Under the pieces are notes generated by a model, which was given only the letters and a program-made list of their open reading frames with translations, did no database searches and had not been told where the DNA came from. This document shows positions 57,999 through 64,000 of a stretch of 64,000 nt of DNA, one piece after another. Position 1 is the first letter of the stretch; each line of letters starts with the position of its first letter. Source of the DNA: Nitrospirales bacterium (GTDB lineage Bacteria > Nitrospirota > Nitrospiria > Nitrospirales > UBA8639); contig BQIU01000005.1 in the NCBI GenBank assembly GCA_021603905.1, positions 19,261-83,260 of the forward strand, in the 5' to 3' direction. Made by a program: the position numbers and the translations under genes.

Positions 57999-59321
57999 AT
58001 GCAACATCATCGAATTACGAGACATCTGGTATCGACTGTGCTGTATGCGGTAATTCTTAGTTTCTTTGTCGTTTCGACGGCAACAGCCGCGTCACAGATT
58101 ATTATTGTGAATAATGATGGCCCAAATGAAGGGTTCAACGATACAACCCCGGTCCCTGCATTACCTGGCAACCCGGCAACAACACTTGGGGCACAACGTT
58201 TGGCCGCCTTTACGGCGGCGGCTCAGGTCTGGGAAGCCGCACTCGACAGTGCGGTACCGATCCGCGTCCAAGCAAACATGGATCCTCAAGCCTGTTCGGC
58301 CGCAAGTGGTATTCTTGGGGCTGCTGGGCCACAAACGGTCTTCCGTGACTTTGACAATGCTCCTGTCGCTAGTACTTGGTACTCTGTTGCTCTTGCTAAT
58401 AGCTTAGCAGGATCAGATCTTGACCCCGATAACGATGATATTGGAGCGACATTTAATAGTGATGTTGATGACAACCCCAATTGCCTGACGAACACAAAAT
58501 GGTGGTATGGGATCAATGCTCCTGCCCCTCTTGGAACAATATCCTTTTTTGATACGATTCTCCATGAAATTGGTCATGGAATAAATATGCTGACGTTCGT
58601 GAATTCGACGACCGGGGAAAAACTGTTAGGCCAGGACGACATTTATATGACCTTCCTCGAAGACGGGAGCGAAGCAATGTCCTGGTCGGACATGGACAAC
58701 GGCCAGCGTGCAGCCTCTGCGATAGATACCGGAGATTTACGCTGGACTGGCTCTCTGGCAAACGCGTGTGGTCAAGAAATTTTGACCAATGGGCTATCGG
58801 ATGGGCATGTGCGCATGTATGCTCCCAATCCATTTCAACAAGGGTCATCGGTATCTCACTGGGATACGGCACTTTCTCCTGACGAACTCATGGAACCATC
58901 AGCGACGCCGACTTCCGACCAGCGGATTACTGAGGCACTCCTACGGGACATTGGTTGGAGCCTCTCGTCTCCACCCTGCGTTGATGGTGGCATGGGGGCT
59001 ATAAAAATCCCTATCAGTCCTCCATTAATCAACGGGTCGATATCCGACACTGAAAAAGAAAATCTCTTCGAATTTACCGTGACACAAGAAGGTTCATACA
59101 CCATGGAAACTGAGGGGAAGACCGGAAGCGTTGATACGGTGATGTCTTTGTTTGGTCCAGATAGTCAGACGACGTTCATTCAAGAAAATGACGATGTATC
59201 TCCAGGAAACTTCAACTCAAAAATCACCGAAACGCTAACTCCGGGAACCTATTATGTGAAAATCAGGCTCTATCAAGATAATCAAGTAGGAGAATACACC
59301 ATTTTTGTTCGTGCCGAGTAA
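57999..59321 (+). CDS. Secreted zinc metalloprotease (HExxH) with a C-terminal pre-peptidase (PPC-type) domain
   Basis: Signal/anchor ...VVSTATAASQ. Zinc site ILHEIGHGINM, with a downstream SVSHWD. The last ~100 aa (FEFTVTQEGSYTMETEG...GTYYVKIRLY...GEYTIFV) look like a bacterial PPC domain. Confidence 0.75.
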   Translation: MQHHRITRHLVSTVLYAVILSFFVVSTATAASQIIIVNNDGPNEGFNDTTPVPALPGNPATTLGAQRLAAFTAAAQVWEAALDSAVPIRVQANMDPQACSAASGILGAAGPQTVFRDFDNAPVASTWYSVALANSLAGSDLDPDNDDIGATFNSDVDDNPNCLTNTKWWYGINAPAPLGTISFFDTILHEIGHGINMLTFVNSTTGEKLLGQDDIYMTFLEDGSEAMSWSDMDNGQRAASAIDTGDLRWTGSLANACGQEILTNGLSDGHVRMYAPNPFQQGSSVSHWDTALSPDELMEPSATPTSDQRITEALLRDIGWSLSSPPCVDGGMGAIKIPISPPLINGSISDTEKENLFEFTVTQEGSYTMETEGKTGSVDTVMSLFGPDSQTTFIQENDDVSPGNFNSKITETLTPGTYYVKIRLYQDNQVGEYTIFVRAE

Positions 59322-59732
59322 CCTTGTTCAAGCCACAGGGGAAAACATGTTCACTCGAAACACAATGGAGTTCAGATTCATGCCTTTAAATGAGTAAACA
59401 CTGAGTGTACGATTGAAAGAGTCATGCAGAAAAACTGGGAAAGTCTGGAAATTCATGGGGGAGGGCTCGTTCGAGAGCCCTCTCTTCGTTTCAGCACCAC
59501 ACCGTTATAGGAATCACTGAATCGAATGAGAGCCCATCGTTTTCTATCCAGAACCAGTGTTGTGAACAGTGGTATACTAAAGTGAAGGACACTTGAAGTC
59601 TTCTCTGAAGGAAGGATCGTTCGACATTCATTGTGTTGCAAATGAAGATACTCTGGACCCAGAACAAAACAGGTCATGGCATCTAACCCTCATGCGACAT
59701 GCGCGGCCGTCTTAATTATTGGGAGGTAGATC

Positions 59733-60116
59733 ATGAAGGCTTCATATAATTGGCCCAAGAGCCTTTTGGGGAGCTTGTGCTTCGTCATCACGTGCTTGAT
59801 CAGTACGGCATGGTCTGAACAAACTGCGGAGAGAGAGTCTCCGAGAATAACGATGTCATCAACACCGGATTCAGCATCGAATGAAAGCAAGAAGGAGGGT
59901 GCAATGGGACGAAAAGTCTGTATCGATCCCGAAACCGGAAAACTTGTCTCACCTGAGGAGCGCCCAGACTGTCAACGTCAAGTTGATGGTGAGCCGACCA
60001 CAAAGGGAGTCACCGAATCAGCCGAAGGCCTCAAAGAAGAAACCATGCCAGATGGTTCAACCAAAATTGATCTGGGAGATCGTTTCAAAAAGCACAGCCA
60101 GTCCGATGCCCCGTAA
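59733..60116 (+). CDS. Small secreted protein, paralogue of 57525-57959
   Basis: Signal peptide (...ISTAWS|EQ). Motifs IDPETGKLVS and KIDLGDRFKK are collinear with those of the 57525 ORF. Confidence 0.55.
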   Translation: MKASYNWPKSLLGSLCFVITCLISTAWSEQTAERESPRITMSSTPDSASNESKKEGAMGRKVCIDPETGKLVSPEERPDCQRQVDGEPTTKGVTESAEGLKEETMPDGSTKIDLGDRFKKHSQSDAP

Positions 60117-60303
60117 GCCAAGTTAGGCGGTCTTGTCCTATCGAATCACGCCCCCCTTTCCAAGAGATGAATATCGTGAGTGAAGGAGGAGAGGCGCACG
60201 TGTGAGTAGAATCTATCAGTTCGGCCCACAACGCCTTGCTACGTTCTCCATACGTTGAATAATCTCTCTCCTCGATCTGCATTGAAAAACTCAGCTTTAT
60301 CTA

Positions 60304-60332
60304 GTATTCCCCACAGGTGTGGGGATGAACTG
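60304..60332 (+). CRISPR. Solitary type I-E-like CRISPR repeat (no array and no cas genes in the window)
   Basis: GTATTCCCCACAGGTGTGGGGATGAACTG is 29 nt. It has a perfect CCCCAC/GTGGGG stem and the I-E-type flanks GT.TTCCCC...GGGGAT.AAC.G. The sequence one repeat-plus-spacer unit downstream (from 60365) is unrelated. Confidence 0.4.
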
Positions 60333-60516
60333 GGCAATAGTCGCGGAGGGGGACTGTGTTGTATAAACTTGAGTCTTCAAATCATATGTGAATAGATTGA
60401 GCTCTTGACAAAAGTACTGATTAGAACTATCCTTATTAGAACTTTAATGATTGAAGACGGAAAAATTCGTGTGAGCTATTGGTTTATGAATGTGAACACA
60501 GTGAGGAACAACACAT

Positions 60517-60966
60517 ATGTCCGTTAGAGACTATCGTCGGGACCCGTATCTCTCCTTGCTCAGGCCGTTGGTTGAGGCGTATTTGGCGTTTTATCGCGTC
60601 GGAACGCGCCATATTGAATCCATGGGGTTGACTCCTGCCCAATTTGATGTCATTGCGGAACTTGGTGACACCGACGGTCTGACCTGTGTAGAGCTTGGAG
60701 AAGCGACATTAATTACGAAAGGCACCCTCACTGGCGTGCTGGATCGCTTAGAGGCTAAGAGACTTTTGGTAAGAGAACAGGTCCAAGGTGATCGACGCGC
60801 CACGAATATTCGATTAACATCTCAAGGAGAAGCGCTCTTTCAGAAAACCTTTCCGGCTCATGCCAAATTTCTTAAGCCGTATTTTGAACACGCTCTGACA
60901 AAAGAGGAGGTGAAGCTGATGAAGCCATTATTAAATCGGCTTCGAGATAGCTTTGAAGGTTCCTAG
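60517..60966 (+). CDS. MarR-family transcriptional regulator
   Basis: Winged-helix segment LTPAQFDVIAELGDTDGLTCVELGEATLITKGTLTGVLDRLEAKRLLVREQVQGDRRATNIRLT. Confidence 0.85.
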   Translation: MSVRDYRRDPYLSLLRPLVEAYLAFYRVGTRHIESMGLTPAQFDVIAELGDTDGLTCVELGEATLITKGTLTGVLDRLEAKRLLVREQVQGDRRATNIRLTSQGEALFQKTFPAHAKFLKPYFEHALTKEEVKLMKPLLNRLRDSFEGS

Positions 60967-61061
60967 CAGTTCTCTAAGACATGCAGAGTCAAATTGAGAT
61001 GTTGCATTTATATTGATGAGTCATTTACGAAAAATGTTTTTATGCAGAAGTGAGGTGAATT

Positions 61062-61931
61062 ATGAGCACACGATATAGAAAAGTGAAAACGGTTATTGAG
61101 CCAAAGGCGGTTATGGAAGGGGCGGGTGTGAAACTGAAAAGAAGTCTTGGAGGTGAGGAGCTAAACTATCTTGATCCATTCCTTCTTTTTGATCATTTTG
61201 GGTCGCCGCATACTGAGGATTATCAAGCCGGGTTTCCGATGCATCCGCATCGAGGAATAGAGACGGTGACCTACATGTTAGCGGGGGAAGTCCAACACCG
61301 AGATACGTTAGGGAATGAAGGGAGTATTGGGGCAGGAGATGTCCAATGGATGACGGCTGGAGGTGGGATTTTACACGAAGAAATGCCTCAAGTTCGTCCT
61401 GAAGGCAATGCCGGGCTTCAACTGTGGGTGAATCTTCCGGCCAAACTTAAGATGACGCAACCGCGATATCAGGATGTTTCGGCGAGTGAGGTTCCTGAAG
61501 TGACCTTAGAGGGAAGTACAAAAGTTCGTGTGATCGCTGGAACAGTTGAAGGGACTGGTGGTGCCGTCAAGAATATTGCTGCCAATCCGACATATCTTGA
61601 TGTCCTGGTTCCGGCCCATGGTTCATTTGTTCAGCCCATCCCGCAAGGATATACGGCATTTGCCTATGTGTTTGAAGGAAAGGGGGCGATTGTTCATGAT
61701 GATGGACAAGATTGGGTGACTAGCCCAAGACTCGTTGTGTTGGATGAGGGCAAGGAATTGAAGATTATCACTGAAGATGAGCCAATTCGATTTTTGTTGA
61801 TTTCTGCAAAGCCCTTACATGAGCCGATTGCACGCTATGGTCCATTTGTGATGAATCGTGAGGAAGAAATTCAGCAAGCCTTACATGACTTGCAGCAAGG
61901 AACGTTTACTTGGAAAGGAGAAGCATCATGA
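61062..61931 (+). CDS. Pirin-family protein
   Basis: HPHRGIETVTYMLAGEVQHRDTLGN and WMTAGGGILHEE metal-binding cupin motifs. Confidence 0.9.
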   Translation: MSTRYRKVKTVIEPKAVMEGAGVKLKRSLGGEELNYLDPFLLFDHFGSPHTEDYQAGFPMHPHRGIETVTYMLAGEVQHRDTLGNEGSIGAGDVQWMTAGGGILHEEMPQVRPEGNAGLQLWVNLPAKLKMTQPRYQDVSASEVPEVTLEGSTKVRVIAGTVEGTGGAVKNIAANPTYLDVLVPAHGSFVQPIPQGYTAFAYVFEGKGAIVHDDGQDWVTSPRLVVLDEGKELKIITEDEPIRFLLISAKPLHEPIARYGPFVMNREEEIQQALHDLQQGTFTWKGEAS

Positions 61932-62872
61932 CTGCGCAGGGACAATTTCCAGATGAACAAGACGAAGAAGGGGCATTTACCCGTCAGGAAGATATGTTTC
62001 GCAGTTGGGTGACGGAAGACGTAAGTTCAGAATTCCCAGCCGAAGCGGGACGCTATCATCTCTATGTGTCCTTAGCCTGTCCCTGGGCGCACCGAACCAT
62101 TATTGGACGAAAACTCAAGGGACTTGAGAACATCATTGGCATGACGGTTGTTGATCCCATTCGTGACGACCGTGGATGGGCGTTTCGAGAAGGACCTGGC
62201 TATTCTCTTGATCCCATTAACGGATTTCAATATCTCAGCGAGGCGTACAAGTCTACCGTCCCTTCATATCGGTCTCGCGTGACCGTGCCTGTTTTGTGGG
62301 ACTCTCAATCCCGAAAGATCGTGAACAATTCCGAGGATGATATCCTGCGAATGTTCAATCAGGCGTTTCATCAAGTGGCCAGGCAGACCCCCGATCTGTA
62401 CCCTGAATCGCTTCGTGCGGGCATCGACAACCTGAATGCACTCATTTATGACCGTATCAATAATGGCGTCTATAAAGCCGGATTTGCCACAACTCAACGA
62501 GCGTATGAGCATGCGGTGGGTCAGTTGTTTGAGACGCTCGATCAGCTTGAGGCGCGGTTGTCGAGTCAGCGGTATCTATTTGGATCACAGATTGTCGAAA
62601 CCGATTGGCGCCTCTTTGTCACTTTAATTAGATTTGATGCCGTCTACCATGGACATTTTAAATGCAATCTTCGGCGAATCATTGATTACCCAAATCTTTT
62701 TGGATATCTCAAAGACTTGTATCAGCATGAAGGCGTTGCTGAAACTGTTAATTTCGATCATATTAAACGTCACTATTACATGACACATGATGATATTAAC
62801 CCCACGCAAATAGTTCCGCTTGGGCCTGCCCAGGACCTGACGTCTCCTCACGGGCGAGAGCGATTGGGCTGA
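61928..62872 (+). CDS. Glutathionyl-hydroquinone reductase (Xi-class GST, YqjG-like)
   Basis: The start is set to ATG 61928, overlapping the pirin stop (ATGA). Hallmark GRYHLYVSLACPWAHRT (CPWA motif). Confidence 0.85.
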   Translation: MTAQGQFPDEQDEEGAFTRQEDMFRSWVTEDVSSEFPAEAGRYHLYVSLACPWAHRTIIGRKLKGLENIIGMTVVDPIRDDRGWAFREGPGYSLDPINGFQYLSEAYKSTVPSYRSRVTVPVLWDSQSRKIVNNSEDDILRMFNQAFHQVARQTPDLYPESLRAGIDNLNALIYDRINNGVYKAGFATTQRAYEHAVGQLFETLDQLEARLSSQRYLFGSQIVETDWRLFVTLIRFDAVYHGHFKCNLRRIIDYPNLFGYLKDLYQHEGVAETVNFDHIKRHYYMTHDDINPTQIVPLGPAQDLTSPHGRERLG

Positions 62873-62933
62873 ATCACATGGAAGGACAAGGAGTCATATT
62901 GTTAATTTTTCTATTATAAAAGGAGATAACGCG

Positions 62934-63281
62934 ATGAGTGCAAACAACCAAGCGCAGGCAGTGATTGATGGAATTTTAGCTGGGAAAATTTTGGAAACAT
63001 TCGATGCGTATTATGCGGATGATGTCGTGATGAGTGAAAATCGAACGGAAGAACGAGTCGGAAAGGCGAAAAATCGCGAGTACGAATTACAGTTTTTGGA
63101 TAGCGTGCAAGAATTTCATGGAGCGACGGTAGGTAGAACCCTAATCGATGGTGATCATGTGGCGGTTGAATGGACATTTGACGTCACGTTTAAGGGCGAT
63201 AAGCATGTGGTAATGAACCAAGTCACGATGCAAACCTGGAAGGATGGAAAAGTCATTCGCGAAGATTTTTATCATGGGTAA
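62934..63281 (+). CDS. SnoaL/NTF2-like small protein
   Basis: 115 aa with RBS AAAGGAG. The pattern (FDAYYADDVVM..., ...VAVEWTFDVTFKG...MNQVTMQTWKDGKVIREDFY) fits ketosteroid-isomerase/SnoaL-like folds. Confidence 0.6.
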   Translation: MSANNQAQAVIDGILAGKILETFDAYYADDVVMSENRTEERVGKAKNREYELQFLDSVQEFHGATVGRTLIDGDHVAVEWTFDVTFKGDKHVVMNQVTMQTWKDGKVIREDFYHG

Positions 63282-63309
63282 ATCGTAAAGAGTCTTACCT
63301 GTTGAAGTG

Positions 63310-63720
63310 CTAGATTTTTTCTTCCAAGAAGTTCTCCGGTGTGATCGCCACGTCTGGAAAGGTTCTAAGGACCTGGCGGTCGGCCGTTACCAACGTGACT
63401 CCCAAGTCTTGTGCGAGGCTGACAAATTCGCAATCATACGCTGAACATGCCGATTGTGCAGCAAGATTCATCACGCGGTGGGAGACGACAGAGTATTCTC
63501 GCCCCGCCATCAAGTGCTCTGCTTCTTCAACAATCCCAATCACATGGTCAAGACGGAGACCGTGATTTCTGACAAGGCCTATCAGCGTGTTGCGAAATTC
63601 TGACCGCCAAAGAAGGGGGCCAGTCCATACGGGATCTTTTTGTAGGACCGCTTCAGCTTGAGCTGTACGTTGACCTTTGATGTAGAGGTAGATCAGGAGA
63701 TTTGTATCGGCGACGATCAT
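63310..63720 (-). CDS. vapC: PIN-domain toxin (VapC-type)
   Basis: The start is set to ATG 63720 (MIVADTNLLIY...), overlapping the antitoxin stop (ATGA). Acidic PIN residues are seen in ADTN, SEF, YDCEF and TAD. Confidence 0.8.
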   Translation of the reverse strand: MIVADTNLLIYLYIKGQRTAQAEAVLQKDPVWTGPLLWRSEFRNTLIGLVRNHGLRLDHVIGIVEEAEHLMAGREYSVVSHRVMNLAAQSACSAYDCEFVSLAQDLGVTLVTADRQVLRTFPDVAITPENFLEEKI

Positions 63721-63959
63721 GGTCGCCCCTCGGTCCTTAGTTTCTGTAGAGTTCGATCTGTGAGGCGTGTTGTTGTTGGGCTCTTCCGAATGGTTCGTGC
63801 ATGGGCAATAAGACTTTCGGGGTTGAGAGGGACACTCCCAGCAGCTTGCTCTAAGCACTGAATGACTTCGTGATTGAGGCTTCTTCGATGGACCTCTGCT
63901 TGGTTTTTAAGCTTTCGCACAAGCGGCTCTGGAATATTCTTGATAGTCAATGTGGCCAT
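63717..63959 (-). CDS. Ribbon-helix-helix (FitA/Arc-like) antitoxin
   Basis: MATLTIKNIPEPLVRKLKNQAEVHRRSLNHEVIQCLE is the typical RHH antitoxin N-terminus. It lies directly upstream of, and is coupled to, the PIN gene. Confidence 0.7.
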   Translation of the reverse strand: MATLTIKNIPEPLVRKLKNQAEVHRRSLNHEVIQCLEQAAGSVPLNPESLIAHARTIRKSPTTTRLTDRTLQKLRTEGRP

Positions 63960-64000
63960 TGCAATCTCCGTCTGGTAATCATTATGGTACCAAAACGGTA

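Noticed and set aside
59453-59677. 74-aa minus-strand ORF between the protease and the second small secreted protein
   Set aside because: It runs antisense to the local gene direction and has no motif or signal sequence. It is treated as a spurious ORF.
60333-60520. Additional CRISPR repeats or a spacer array after the solitary I-E-like repeat
   Set aside because: The sequence at the expected 61-nt periodicity is unrelated and no second repeat is visible, so this is not an array. It is reported only as a lone repeat.

Overview
A 64-kb bacterial chromosomal window with gene content typical of a diderm bacterium. I cannot assign a taxon. All functional calls come from motif-level reading of the supplied ORF translations and of the DNA; no database search was run.

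Layout:
1. 54-25,281: a large surface-glycan (O-antigen/EPS-type) locus in two divergent arms.
   - The minus arm holds two Sel1-repeat/Wzy-like membrane proteins, a Wzx-like flippase, a Trm112-methyltransferase, two SGNH-like proteins, an AlgI-like MBOAT, an orphan lipoprotein and a GT-C-like membrane protein.
   - The plus arm holds a GT4, a split Alg14/Alg13-like transferase, a carbamoyltransferase, a second GT4 and a WecA/MraY-type initiating transferase with an unusual C-terminal module.
   - A convergent OafA-type acyltransferase follows.
2. 25.4-38.6 kb: ordinary housekeeping and envelope-precursor genes (metG, holB, tmk, DUF502, glmU, glmS, rfbBACD, uppP).
3. 38.7-47.9 kb, minus strand: an ACT-malic enzyme, a DUF3365 c-type haem protein, three sensor kinases and a CheY-like regulator.
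4. 48.3-49.8 kb: a truncated and frameshifted class-V aminotransferase pseudogene.
5. 49.8-54.3 kb: CPBP protease, SDR, gamma-carbonic-anhydrase-like protein, a membrane protein and an alpha/beta hydrolase.
6. 54.4-57.3 kb: insertion-sequence debris (a frameshifted IS1595 transposase and an IS3 remnant) around an orphan membrane protein.
7. 57.5-60.1 kb: a secreted HExxH/PPC metalloprotease flanked by two small secreted paralogues.
8. 60.3 kb: a solitary type I-E-like CRISPR repeat.
9. 60.5-64 kb: a MarR-pirin-glutathionyl-hydroquinone reductase-SnoaL operon and a VapBC pair.

The most unusual signals are:
- a ~170-nt non-coding element present twice (37.4 kb and 49.3 kb), with a covarying 9-bp long-range stem;
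- a 10-copy heptanucleotide tandem repeat at the uppP/malic-enzyme convergence;
- the Sel1-repeat/Wzy-like tandem pair;
- the PNPT fusion protein;
- the protease with its two small paralogues.
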